Of a stretch of 64,000 bases of DNA, positions 1 to 13,710 are shown one piece after another. Source of the DNA: Haplodiscus bocki (lineage: Eukaryota); NCBI GenBank assembly GCA_965655095.1, contig OZ296656.1:55490001-55554000 (forward strand). The letters run 5' to 3'. The position numbers and the translations under genes are program-made. How positions within the stretch are numbered: position 1 is the first letter of the stretch; the number at the start of each line of letters is the position of its first letter. Under the pieces are notes generated by a model. The model was given only the letters and a program-made list of their open reading frames with translations. It ran no database searches and had not been told where the DNA came from.

Positions 1-727
1 AAAGTTGTTTATTTCCCGCCAGAGTCGGCATATTTCCTTTGTATTTATTATGATTAAAGTACTTTTCCCTACTTTGTACCTTTACTTGGCGCGTAAACAA
101 TTATGTTTCCCGCCAGGGAAAGTGTATAAATAGCAGAAACGAAAGTACTAAGGAGAGATCCTTAATATCATTTTGATTATCAGTTGACTGTACTGATTGC
201 GACTAGTTGTTTATTTTAAAGATTCACATTTTTGTTATAATCTCAACGTGATTAACAAATAAAACCTAATTCAGTCTTCATAACTGCGTAGCATTTTTCC
301 CTTCAAAAAGATGGCCACGTTGAGAAACAAACGAAAGTTGGCAGCCGTTACAAGAGAAACACAAGAGGAACATCCTAGGAACGGCCAGTCACGAAACACG
401 TCCGTTCCTAGAATTAACGAGGAATATATCACACAACTTTCTGAGGAGATAGAAGGCAGAGTCAGTAAAAAACTGTCTCAGGAGTTGAGCAGGACAGAGT
501 CCCGCATTTTGGGTGCTCTGTCTAAATTAGACGAATTTCTCTTGAACCCACAGATAAGGACGCATTCCGAAACCGTTCCGGGAACATTCCGGAACACAAA
601 CGTGGGAAACCAGGGAACGAATGAGGACAACTCCCAGAGTGATCCTCATCCTGAAGCAGGCATCTTACGCGGCCATACTACACAAAACTCTGGCCCAGAA
701 GTTGGTCCTTACAGCAGCCGTTTGTGA
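1..727 (+). mobile_element. Probable LTR-retrotransposon 5' fragment (LTR-like segment plus gag-leader-like 138-aa ORF 311-727)
   Basis: TATAAATA (~125) and AATAAA (~258) precede a hydrophilic coiled-coil ORF with no catalytic motif; no pol follows. Class is inferred. Confidence 0.35.
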
Positions 728-1482
728 ACAACCCTCACCAGAAGAAGATTCTCTTAAGTTTTGAAAGCCACCGAGAAGGTTTTATTTCACCGCCGAGTTA
801 CTGCAAGTGAAATGGATCATTAGATATTGACGTTGCGACAACATGAAAAACGCAAGTCATAGCAGAACTTAACTCGTGCAATTGTTTCTTGGATACTTTG
901 ACTCACGGTGGCAACCACCCATGCACACTTCTCGTACATAAACAGTTAAATGTAAACATTGGTGCACTTACCGAGCTTTGTTTCTGGCTCTTCCACGACA
1001 TAGATTATAGCAAGTGTCAACGATTTGAGCTAATTTTTTGATAAGAAGCGGAAAGTGATGATCAGCAAGTGCTCACGACTTTTATTAGGACATTTGGTTT
1101 TGATTCACCGTTTGAAACGCTGGTTCACAAAAAATAGGAAGATGGACCTAAATTAGAAAAAAGACAATTTTTGGATCAATTTGGTGGATAGGTCCAAGTA
1201 CGCGAAAGACGCTTGTTCGCTATTCCGCCAAAACGAAAAAACTGGCGGATATCCTCTGTGGAATTACTTCGAATGTCTCTTACTTAGTTCGGGAAGCAAG
1301 TGCAAGATTTATCTACCATTCGAAATGACTTCCAAAACAGAGCATGCTGATTTTTCTGGAACGTTTCTTATTATATTGGCTCCTAACACACCCATGGGTA
1401 TTCAAACAGTGAGATCAAACACCTACACTCGACCACTTTGAAATGATAGTGTTAGATCAGAGTGCAGCATCGCCTGCTGGAA

Positions 1483-2193
1483 CTACGCTGGATGACTATG
1501 CCAACAGTAGTTGTCGGCCTGAGGCATGGCCGTACCAGAAGTGGTACCAAGCTCAGTCCTGGGGTTGAAACTCGGATGCCTTGAGGTAGTTATACCTTGT
1601 ACCAGCCGAATCAACTCCTCTAGCTGGCGAGTTAGACCAGCGATAAACCCTCTAATTTGTTCGCTGACGGCCTCTTGGGTCAAGGTTTGAACCTCAGGAA
1701 TTTCTCCTCCGACATTTTCCGATGAACTTCTGTGAGCGATTTCCTCAGTGCTAGCGTGATTGCGCATTTCGCGTTCGTCTGACGTTTGACAGCATTTCCC
1801 GTTTCGAAGTTCTCTGTAGCCGATGGAATGAAGCATTCAAGTTTCAAGACTTGAATTTTTTTCGGTATCTCTGATATTCAGTGATTTTACAAAAGTGGCA
1901 ATATTTTAGTGAGTTTACAAAATCTAGTGATGAAAAGCGATGTGAATTGAATTTCAGCAAAGAACAAGTCTAGATCAGAATAATAGCACTCAAAGTACGT
2001 AATAAGACAGGCAAGTGTGAGCGGTTACTGATTGCGCTCAAATTATTTCGGTGCTCGGTGGATTCGTGTGGTGACGTGATCGATGGTAAGACTAATTCTC
2101 ACCAACGGAGTTTTCTCATTGGTTGATTTGTTATATCAATAATTAACTACTTAAGATGTGAAACGCAAATCCAACGCAACCATGGGTGCTACA
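1483..2193 (-). mobile_element. Second probable LTR/gag-leader fragment (117-aa ORF 1836-1483)
   Basis: TG (1512)...CA (2193) bounded segment containing a coiled-coil ORF (LTQEAVSEQIRGFIAGLTRQLEELIRLVQG); no matching TSD found. Confidence 0.3.
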
Positions 2194-4338
2194 ATTACAT
2201 GGCATGGCAATTATGCAAATTTGTTGCAATAAATTTGCATAAATTCAATTTGGCTAAAATAACAAATCATATGCGTAAAATAGCTCAACTAAATGAAAAC
2301 TAGAGAATCAGCACTATTCTCATCACATTTATAAAATCTCTTTTGTAAATCTGCGTTAAGAATAACCTATTTCATTTTTCATCGGAATTATTTGTTTCGT
2401 CTACATCTACCCCTTTTATCCGTGATTTCAAGCCAGCTAGGTCTTATATTCGATGAATTCCAATTTTATTTGCTAAGGTGAGTATCATAGCTTTGTTACA
2501 GTTCCAAATATTTGGGTTAAGCTAAAACTGCAATAGTTCGATGAATAACGATGAAATTAAAAACTGTCACCGCTCACTGTTACTTATAAGTCACGTTGAG
2601 TCACGGTTTTCATCCTGTTGACGAAAACGGATGTTCTTTTACACGTCTGTCGGTTTATATGAGAGGTTTTCATCATTGGGATGAAAACCGATTAATTCTA
2701 AATTGCTGCTGAATGTCACAGTAGGAGGTTTACACGGATCGGATGTAAACCGATGAAATTTGTTTCGTCGATCAAATCATTCCGTTTCTACTTGCAATTT
2801 TGTCAAATGTCAGTACTTATTCTATGGTCCGTCGCATTCTACTATGCGTCTTGGTTGGATAGAATTAAACAAGGGAAACATTGTTCAGATGTCTTTCGAT
2901 CAAAAATATATTCCGGTTCTTACCTTATCTCATTAGTCTCGCCGATACAGAGTGCATTTGTAGTGGCTCAGATAATTCCGCCTGGAACATTCCGGTGTCT
3001 TTTATGCTAGTTCTAGTTATTCTGAGCCTTCATCGGAACATATCATTTTTCATCGGATTGTTCCAGTACAATGTTTATGGATGCATAGAGATGCTTTTAT
3101 ATGCTCAGCGATACTTTCTACATAGCACAAATTGTTGTTCAGATAGGACATAGATCGCTCTCACAACGGAAGAAAGGGAAATAATATGACATAATCGCGT
3201 TTATACCTTTAGGGTACATAAATGCATTAAGATCTTAGTAATGATAATGGCTTCATACATATAAAACATACCGTAAGTTTAGGGATATGTGGATATCTCA
3301 TGTTTTCCTCATGCGGGCATGACAGTAGTCGAAAACGTTTGGTAAACCAGCATCCGAGTACAACTCTTCGAGGAAGCCAAAGGTTCCCAATACCATGAAG
3401 CTGCCTGGGAATGGACCTCGGTTATTCAAGAAAGCCTCGATAACATCACGGCGTTTCGGTTTAGCTCTGATATGTAAGTTGCAGAACATGTTAGGGATGT
3501 TGTCTGATAGTGCCAACCGGAGCACAGAAAAAAGTCTTTACGCTTTCACGAGCCAACTAACACATACAAACCTAGCACTAATATCCATATTTTATCAGCA
3601 GAGAGTCAAAAAACAGTCTCATTTTTCCAAACATTTAACATGTGGGAAAACCTCAATTGAAATTGCAAATTTAACAGTGAAAGTGAGTAAAAACAACAAA
3701 AATGTTCAAACCCCTCTCACATTGACTTCAATGTCTCTGACCCTAATCACTTGCTCCTCCAGAATAATCGTCTGTAAAAAATGGATCCATTGGCAGCTCC
3801 ACCTGTACACTTTCAAGTATCAGTCGCGGCAGCACACTTGAAAAGTTGAACAGACATTTGGTCAGACAATGCTGTAGGAGAGCCGTGGGATGTAGTTTTT
3901 TTTCAACCGCACTTTCCATGAAAAACTTTCTACTGGGCTCCACCGAGTTTGTTTCAAACTCCAAAAAAATCAAAACGTTGACAAGAGCGTTGTCTTAGAA
4001 AAAAAGCAGGCAGTATGCTCAATTCTAATCCGCAATTGTCATTCAAAAGGCCTCAGCGAGCGAAGCAACTGTAAATTCATAGAAACATAGCTGCGGAATC
4101 AAGCCTACCATACATTACACCTAACACACTGAAAATAAAGGAAAACAGATTTTACGATGCTCGCAACACTGAAGATTTCTAACCTAAGCCTCTCTTTCTA
4201 TTAAGGACAAAATCAACTCCTTTTCTGACGTTACTCTTAATGCAACTGAAAATTTGATCTGAAGATGATATGCTACTGCAATCTTTCCTGGCCTCATAGT
4301 CTGAATCTGCATGGATCAGAGATCAAAATTTTCCGTCT

Positions 4339-4538
4339 NNNNNNNNNNNNNNNNNNNNNNNNNNNNNNNNNNNNNNNNNNNNNNNNNNNNNNNNNNNNNN
4401 NNNNNNNNNNNNNNNNNNNNNNNNNNNNNNNNNNNNNNNNNNNNNNNNNNNNNNNNNNNNNNNNNNNNNNNNNNNNNNNNNNNNNNNNNNNNNNNNNNNN
4501 NNNNNNNNNNNNNNNNNNNNNNNNNNNNNNNNNNNNNN
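4339..4538. other. Assembly gap (200 N)
   Basis: Run of N characters. Confidence 0.99.
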
Positions 4539-7500
4539 TTGACAATCATTTTTTGATATATTGTTGCTATTTGGTCAACGGAAGCCACCCTAGATGTATT
4601 CTTGAAACTTTTATTCGGATTTATGACCGATTGTGTCGGGAAACGTTTGCCACAAGGTCTAATACTGACCTTTTTCTGGCTTATGCTTCAAGATAATTCA
4701 CCTTTCACTGTGAAACAAAAATTTCTCAACTATGCGTTGTCATTGAAAACACAGTTTAAACAGAAGACTCTCCAAAAAATTATCCAAGTGAAGCAATGAA
4801 AAAATTTTGTTCTCGATGGGCCAACCTAAAAACTTTAGCAGGAGAACGCAAAGATGGTATTATGCCAAAATAGGCTAACGAGTTCAATGAACACTTTTGT
4901 GACAAATCTGCCGTTTCACGTTCTGTTTCATTATGAACAGCCCTTTTTATTTTTTTCGGCAACGAAATCCCACTGCATGAAACATATCTTTCTTTTCTTG
5001 CTGCGTCAGAAACTGATAGAAGTCCCGACAACACTTCATAACCAAGAAAAACGCACATAACTTTGCAATCAGGTTAAACCATTCTTTCAACCTATGTTTT
5101 CCCTTCAGCTCACTCCTCAAGAGACGGAAAAATCACGAGTTACAGTGTTCACCAGCGTTTCGCTTTTTTTGAGTTGATAGATGTAAGACCGACTGCTGTT
5201 ATTTTAGATTTGTATCCTGATATTGGAAGAGTGAATTGCGATATCTACATGAAAGAAAATCACAACAGGTTGCTCTTCTGTAATCAATTTGCTCTGGGTA
5301 TAATATTCGCTAATGAATTAGGACTGCCGTGATTCAAGCGTCGAAGTAATTGACATATTTGGTGTTTTGCTTCTTGATCTTGCCGAATCGTTTGATAAAA
5401 CTCCACGCATTTTTTGGATTGCGAAACTCTGAAATTTTGGTTCGAATCCAAAACTTGTGTTGAAAATACTAACAAGTTCTTTAACCCGTAAAAGACAGCA
5501 TGTTTCTACTGACGCTGAAATTTCTGACCCAAAAAGAGCCAAACAGGACGTTCCACACGAAACAGCGTTCATGCCATTTTTTTATTTTTTGGTAATGATG
5601 GTTTTAATGTTAGCGGTAAGCATTTCTTTGCTCTGAAAACCGCAGATGATTAAACGTGGATATATGGCCGTCATCAGATTACTGTTGTTTCAGCCGGAAC
5701 TGAACTATTCGGCAAAACACATTGTGGCTGAAATGTTGGCCGTTCTTTATATAGAGGCACATCAGCAGGGGTATTTGTTGCATTTAAGAAGAGCTCACCT
5801 CCTCTCAGTGTTAATAAAATCAATCGGCGCGAACATTTTCGGCCTTCGCGAATAACAACTGACAAAAGCCGGATTTTTAGGTAGCATATTGAAAAAATTT
5901 TGCAAGGAGAGTTCGAGCAGCCTCTTAGAATACGAAAATTCAAAAGCTTAGGTTTCAATCGCCAAGAAGTGTTGTATTCATGGTCTTAATGAACAATGTT
6001 CGCTGGAAATTTTCTGAAATTTCGTGTGCGGAACTTCAAATGCCACACAATGATGAAAACCGACTCTCCAATGCAAGAAGAGGCCCGAGATCCTATACTG
6101 ACTATTTTAGTTGTCTCCAAGTGTTATTACTGACCACAACCAACGACTTGTAAAAATGAAGGACAACTCAAACATTTTTTGTACGACTTTTTTGCGGGAC
6201 GTACACATTATGCCTCGCAAAAGCCTTCGCCAATGACATACTTCCGGCATGGTGAAGGCGACAGCTGTGTTTAATAATCATTTCTGACATAGATGTAGGA
6301 AAAACCAAATGGGGCTACAACTTTTTTGTCTGTCTGTCAATATCAATCTGATTTTATACACGACTCGAACTAAACCATTCTATTTTGGTCCTTTCTTTTA
6401 CTTGGCTGCCAAGTTTCAGTAGGTATCAAAATTTAAGAAGCAAAAATTACGACAAACTCGCCAACAACAGTATGACCACAACCTTTGGTTCAGAAAACAA
6501 ACTTCTTAATGCTCAGGGAAGCAACAGACTCGGAATCCGAAGCACACATTGCAACACAAGAGGGCGTGCGACGTTTCTTCTGTATAAACTAATCTTCCAA
6601 CTCTTCGAATATTTCATTTGTCAGTGAAGGTATAGAAATAAAGATGGAATTTATTTTTTTTTCAGTTGTGGAGAGTTGCTGAAAAACTTGAAAGTAACAT
6701 TATCTTTTTGTAGATAATTGTGTTCAAAAACCTAATGGTAATGAATCATGTAGTTTTTGATGAAAGGAAACTAAATAGTTTTCATTTAAAAGTTGTGGGA
6801 ATGAGGTCCAAAAGCACTTCAGTGGATAATGTACCGTTTCTGGAAAATGAATCTACTGTAAATTGGAGGTGAAAGACGATGATCCACCCATTAAAAACCA
6901 TAAATGCGCTGGCTGGGTTCATCCAAAGTGCTGCAATAAAAGGAAGCAGCACTGGACTTCATATATGGAGAGAGTGGTTTCTGCTTTTGCAATCGATGCA
7001 CAAGGACGGTCAAGAAGATCATCAAGAACATAACATGATGAAGCCTTTGAATTGAACCAAATTTTCCGAAAGTCTGATGTCAACCAAAACATACATGGAG
7101 GATATGAAGGATAAGTCCTTCAACAAAATTAGTTTTCTGTCTTCTGAATTTATATCCCATACAAGTTGCCAAGATGTAGAACTTCGTATTTCACGGTTAG
7201 AAATTAAAATTCTGACCTAAAAAAACGTATCTCCGTTCCGAACTATTGAATACAAAGCAAAAAAATTTGAAAAATGTTCGTTTTCCTGGGGACGGAAAAG
7301 CCCAATGTAACGAATGTTCGAAGGGTTGGCAGAAAAACTACAAATAACAGACCTTGATCTGTGTTAATGTCTTTATCAAATCGATGGGCGGTTGGGAAGA
7401 TTCTCCTTAATGTTGGAACCGATGTTGGGTAGTGTTAAACTTGAAAATGGAAATGAGGTGTTAATGTTGCGGTCAGTGACACAAGACGAACAACAAGAAG

Positions 7501-10500
7501 CGAAAGAATGCTTGCAAAGGAGAGGAGAATTGATATCAGAGAAAGGTTCTCCTTGAAAGGAAATAACTAATCCTAATTTTGAAGTTCACCTGAACGCTGG
7601 AAAAGTTGAACTAATACTGAATCGCACTGAAATTGAAAAGCTTTTCTTTCTCGTTTCCAAATGTAGGAAGCCTTCCGAACAAAGATTAAAAAATGGCTTT
7701 TGAAAACCTCATAAACTAACTGTGCCTCGATTTTCTGTGTATTAACGGAACATACCTGCTCGACACTATCAGTGGCAAAGAACTGTATGTTGACAATTTT
7801 GACTTCCCAACGAACATGTAGGAATCAACTTTCTACTCCAAGTTTTGTATTGGTTGGAAGAAAGATGAAATTCCTAACCCGAAAGGTGGACTACGCAACA
7901 GATTTAATGGGAGCCATTACTGAACGCTCATTCTTAAGGCTTGGGAAAAATGTACTCTCATGCTTTTTCTACAAATCACTGCTAGACAGTCTCTACCATA
8001 TCAACCGAGATGTTGTTGCTAGCTTGTTGGCTGAAATTTCCGAAAATGAAGATGTTTATTTGATATTGGAGAAAATGATTGTGACTGGATTGATTTTTCG
8101 TCCAATGACAGTTCTATTGAAAATTTCCTCGACCTAATTGTCGGAAATGATTTTGTAGAGATTGCTAATTTCAAAACTGGGGCTAATGGTACCTTCAGTA
8201 TTGTGTTGATCCGTGAAAATCTAGCTTATTTTTCAAGCGAAAAAAATCATTGATCAGATTAACAGTTTTTCTAACCTTTTTGGTGTCCTTTGTTGTGTTC
8301 CTTTCAATTCAAATCTGATGCCTCTCCGTGAAACTTGATTCAAAACAAAACTCAGCTTCTGTAAGCGTGACTAGGAGTCTGTGAAACATTTATTAAAGAT
8401 CGAAAATTTCGTTTGTTTTTGTTGGACTAAGGTTGGCGTTATGGTTTGATCAATGGTATCGATTGGAATTATTCACTGGAACAAGAATTCATCGTAATCG
8501 TTGAACGCCAGGAACCAAACTCCTATTTCTAACACTTTCAAAACGTTAGACAAAGCCCTTCAAAAAATTACAAAGGTTTCGTGAAGTTGCATTTGTCTCT
8601 CAACGTTATGCTTGGAAATGTTTGAGCAGCACCGAGGTAGTTAAAGCTATATTCTAGCTTTTATACCATTCACCGTTGCTCTGCTCAGGTTCTATAGACC
8701 TCTGAAAAAATCCAAAAGGCCAACTTCGATATTTCTGAAGGTCCAATATGCAAACAGTCTTGCAGCACAAGCTCAATCCTTTTCTAGAAAGTTTGCCTCA
8801 CTCTTTATTCTTTGTGGAAGTCGATCTATTCTCCAACAAACAACATTTGTTGATTCGTTTGAATAATTCAGTGCGTCGGTTTGGACTGTTACTAAAAACT
8901 TCAAAATTTTTGACAGAAATAACCGAACAGTCCTGATGGTATTCTTTAATCTTCCTTAAAATTTGCCACGACAATTAAGAAATCATTGTTCAATTTTTGT
9001 ACAAGATTTAACCTCATTTTAGTCCAGTGTACAAAATAGGCAAGAATTCTGACACTCAGAAATGTAGGTCAGTCTCTTTTTTGACTAAAAATTCAAAACA
9101 CTTTGAGCGCAGTCCAATGTCCAATCGTTCCCCTCTGTCGGCAATTAGAAACTTTTTTCAACTTCTATCAACATTGATTCCGCAGGAAACGGTCAATCAT
9201 TATTCAATTAACTACTCAATTGGAAAAAAATGTGAGGCTCCTGAACAAAAACTGCAGGTTGATGTTACTTAAACAGATCATGAAGAACCCTTTATCATGT
9301 AGATCATGCAATACTACTAAACAAAGTATACTTTTTAGGTGTATTTGGGAAGCTCCTACTACATTTTGTGTCCTATTTAACCGAGAGAACACAGCAGGTT
9401 GAATTAAGGGGAGTTTTTTGTCTGCAGAAATAATTGGCGTTCCTCAGTGATTAACATAAGGCAGACTCTTCTTTGTAGTTGGTGCCAACCACGTTTCCGA
9501 GTGCTGTGGTTTTTGCTAGTCACTCCTTTGCGTCGATCGTGAAAACTATATATCGTTTGGAGCCCCGAAAATCAGATTCATTTGGTTTTTTGAAGGGTAG
9601 CTTTACTGAGTGACAATTACAAATTCCCGCTGGACGAAGATTGCTCACAGTTTTCTTTTGGGAGCCCTGATGAACATTGGCTTTTCATTAACTAGGCAAT
9701 ATCTACAACCCATTGTCGAAATGCCTTGGAAAAAAATTTCCAAGGATATAAAGTGGGATTTTGATTTGGAAAGTGCCGCAAAAATAGCCTTGAATGTGTT
9801 CTTCATTATCAACAGGAAATCTCCATTTTTTCCTAATGGTACAAATGTCAATTTGCACAAATGAATGATATTGACCATTCTGAACATTGGGTCAAATTGT
9901 TGCAGCACTAAAGTTAAAAGCAAGGAACAATTAGAAAAAATCCATAAAAAAGGTTCTGCACTGCGTTCCAATTCGCTCTGATTACAAAGTGAACCTTAAG
10001 AAATGTAACATGCAACCAGTTTGTTTGCATGTACTAGTTCTTGATTTACTTCTTTTGGTGGAAACACTCAATGGAACCTAGAAGTGCGAATATTTTGATT
10101 TCAGTTGTTTGAGGGACTCTGCTACAGAGCAGAGGTCAACTTTTGATCCGTAGTTCCATCTTGGCCACTCAGAAAGAAAAAAATGTGAACAGAACCTCTT
10201 CTACCGTACTGGGAATCTCAAAAACCCGTTACTGAACGATGTGGACTTTTGTCAAACTGGTGGACCAAAAAACCGGCTGCTGTGCGACCGCTGGAAAAAC
10301 TTTGATACTTGGTAGAAGCAACGTTTTCCGGAAACTTGGAAACTTTGAACTCTTACCAGGTCTCTACTTTTGAAAGAGTATCCCGGCCTTCGGCCGAATT
10401 ATTGGTTATAACAAATTTATTATGTCGAACAAATACCTTTGCTAAACATGTTTTTCCCCACATTGGAGTGTTACGGTATTTAGGTTTTCTAATAACTGTG

Positions 10501-10589
10501 ATCTCTGGTTATAAAGCCATGTTATTCTAGCTTTATAGAAATGTTGATTTGAAAACAATCTAAACTTTTTGTTTATTGCGAACTTGCTT

Positions 10590-11150
10590 TGACGGATGAC
10601 TCCACTGCTGGCAATGGAGTACGCAAACACTGGCACAATCTGAAACATTATGGAGTTTGTCCTTTCAATTCAGAGCCTTAGCCCCCATGATCTACATGAA
10701 AAACATCATAAAGCGGACCATATATAAAATCTCCAATTCAACGTCAACCTGGAAAAGTTTTGTGGAGGGAATGGACACGGCATTGAAGATGTGGGAGGCA
10801 AATCAGTAACTTCAACAGTTCCACCAACTGTTGATAAGAGCAACATTGGACAAGATCTTGATTGACAAAGCTACGCCTTTGTCAGAGAAATCAAAACACA
10901 ACCAATACCATGAGCACCATACTCATTTTGCAGTCCAGCGACAGCAAGAGCGATCAGCTTCCGAATTAACCCCGGAGAACAGCCAATGTCTCCTTGATCT
11001 TCACCACTCGAAAGATGAAAAATGTCCCGCCGCCTTCAAAGCACCCGTCCCAAAAATGTTGGTGAGTAACGTTGTCTAGCAACTTATTTCTCCCGGTTGT
11101 CAATCCAGCTACGTCCAGCACATCTCCCTCTACTTGATAGCGAGTCTTCA
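10590..11150 (+). mobile_element. Degenerate Penelope-like element fragment (RT C-terminal domain plus start of GIY-YIG endonuclease)
   Basis: KNIIKRTIYKISNSTSTWKSFVEGMDTALKMWEANQ* resembles PLE 'HRI...S.W..F......E.NQYP'; KAPVPKMLVSNVV*QLISPGCQSSYV resembles 'S.VVY.I.CPGC...YVG'; stops present. Confidence 0.6.
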
Positions 11151-13059
11151 GGAGCACGCTTGGCGGATTAGCCACCTGGGGGACAGATGAAATCCTCCAA
11201 CCAGCGGATGAAAGACGTCCAAAATCAATTGATTGACAGAACCAGCTATCCGATGAAGCTGCGGACTCTTGAAGCCCTGCATATATCGTGTAGAGCACCC
11301 TCCGTAAATGAAACAGAGGAGTACAGGGCTGCCGAACTGACTCTCAGATTAAATTTTATCAGTGTACCCGCTTTGTGAATTAATGTATCTTTAAGCAGAG
11401 TTTTTTTTTATTTAACCCAATCTCAATCCTGAAAGGTGCTATATTTTTAGTTATTATTTTAGTTTTTTGTTTCTCAGATAGCGGAGCGAAGTTTTTTCGC
11501 ATGAGGACCCGTCAAAAATTTCTTTTTCTTAGGTTCGTGACATCACTCTACGTTTCATCTTTTTAAACATTAATTGTTCGGCATTTGTTGGTTAGATTCA
11601 TGTGACTTCTGTTTCAACAACACGATGGTTCATGATGTATTATAATCCTAGTTTTCAGCCGAAGTTTTTTCCAGCTAGTTTTTGACGAAAAAAAAATGGT
11701 TTTTCGAACTTTCTAGAGAGCGAAGGTGTTTTTTTGACAGAAAATCTGTCTCTAGAGTAAGCTTGGAAACGCTATTGGTTTATCAATATTGGATGAAACA
11801 CAACTCGATTTAGTTGCGTGCTGTAGTCTTTTTGGCCAGAAAAATTTTTCCGACCGGTTTTTGGCAGAAAGAGAGGTATACTTTGGGAACTTTCTAGAAA
11901 CCTTCTTGACAATCTCTATAGTGTGCTGCGTTTCCCAACCTTGAAGCTCCTTTTCCACGAACGGTTTTGTAGGATCCGTTTGTTTCTTGGTAACCTGCAT
12001 TGACAAGGTCCTGAATTACCGGGGCCGAACTTTGTCGTCGATTGAAATTTTTTCATCTGCTAATTTTTGGCCAAAATACTTGAAAACACGAGTGCTTTCA
12101 GACAGCAAATAGTATTGTTTTGCTCTTTTCTGGCCTGATTTACCCATGTTGATGCCCAAAGGCTGATTAAAGGATGAAAATTTAAAGGCTAATTGGATTC
12201 AGTTTGCAGTCGAAACTTTTTTCCTCCCAAAAGAGCATGATTTAAAGCCTAGCATTTCAGCTGTTCGCAAAAAGATGCAAGTCATCTGACCTGACGACCA
12301 TGTTGAGCAAGGTGTGAAGCAGTTGGTTTTGATTCAAGTTTCGACTCCGAGTGCAGTTTTTCTTTTGCATTTACTGCCGAACTTTGTCAAAGAAATGGTT
12401 TCCATAAGTTTCGTCGACCCTTGCAAAATGTTTGTGTCCCATTGTCTAAACAATTATTTGAACTGCGTTTTCTGACTTGCACTGGAGTGCCTGGAGAAGC
12501 AGTCTAAAGCTCTTCAGGGAACGCATCGTCGTGGATAGTTGGTACTCCTCAAAATCAGGATATTTGTTTGAATTTTTCTTGCCTTTGCAACAATTTACTG
12601 CCTGTTTGTTCAGCTGGAAAGTTGCCTCGACTGGTTGTCTTCTAGTAATCTTCAGCATCTCCTCTTAGTTACTGTAACCATCCTTATGCGCGAAAAATTA
12701 GGCCAATTTTTGAGAAAAAAGTTCGGGAAAACACAGCTTTCGGGAACAATTTTTGTTTCCAGATTCGTCTTAACGCCCTAGTTGTCAACTTTTGGAACAC
12801 TGCGGCCTTTGCCAAGCAGTGACTGGTTTTCTGTGAGTTTTGAGACGACATTTTTTGTTTTTTTTTCGTCGCATATGTATTATGGAAGAAAAATCATTCG
12901 ATCAGCAGGGTCGTTTTCATTTTTCTTTTCTGACCAAAATTGCCGACTTTATTCAAAAATAATTGACAGCAGTAGGGTTAGAACAACAGTGTTCTCAAGC
13001 AGTAGATCTGGGATTCGAGCCCTTGTCGTGCCAAATACTTTTACGATTTATCCTTGACA

Positions 13060-13567
13060 TTTTTTGCTACCCGAAATTGGTGAAACACTGAAGGATTCCC
13101 CTACGAAAATTTTCGGCACTGTGCGACAAAAAATTTTCGACGGAAAATCTTGATACTCTTCCCCCCCCCCTCTCATCCATAAACTTTCGCTACCGCAAAA
13201 TTTCTGAAACACAGCACGGAAGGGTTCCCCTATGAAGTTTTCGGTACTGCGAGACAAAAGAAATTGACAGAAAATCGTGATACCCGACCCCTCTCTTATC
13301 CCTAACATTTTTCGATAACAGAGATTTTCTGAAACACAGAGAAGTTCCTCTACGAAATTTTTCGGCTTTATGAGGCAAACAATTTTTCAACGGAAAATTG
13401 ATATACCCTTTTGCATAAGGTACAGAAATCAGTGCTGGAATGATGTTTGTAAAAACTCTTTGAAGGCTAAATTCAAAACAGTAGTTTTGTTTTTAAATGT
13501 GTGCACAAGCTGATCAAAAAATTTGTAGTTGGGCGAAAAATATGCCGGTGCTAGCCGGCCGTCTTGT
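13060..13567 (+). repeat. Non-autonomous repeat with ~3 internal ~120-bp subrepeats and a 3' GC hairpin followed by TCTTGT (Helitron/Helentron-like end)
   Basis: Repeated TGAAACAC...TTCCCCTACGAAA..TTTCGG units; GCCGGTGCTAGCCGGC at 13544-13559; related ends at ~24540, ~60893, ~61382. Confidence 0.5.
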
Positions 13568-13710
13568 TTGAAGCTCGTATAGATACCTTGAACCTCCGCT
13601 GTTCTCTATGGGTTGTTCTTTGCCTATTCTCTGGATTTTGCTACATGCTCTCTGGCATAGCTTAAACATGTTTCTCAAGCACGAGTGACTACGAAGACTC
13701 CATTGCTGGA

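Noticed and set aside
2470-2490. Strong donor AAG|GTGAGT as a 5' UTR exon of the bestrophin gene
   Set aside because: 14 kb upstream across an assembly gap, with nothing linking it to the gene.
4265-4696. ORFs containing X runs
   Set aside because: Artefacts of the N gap.
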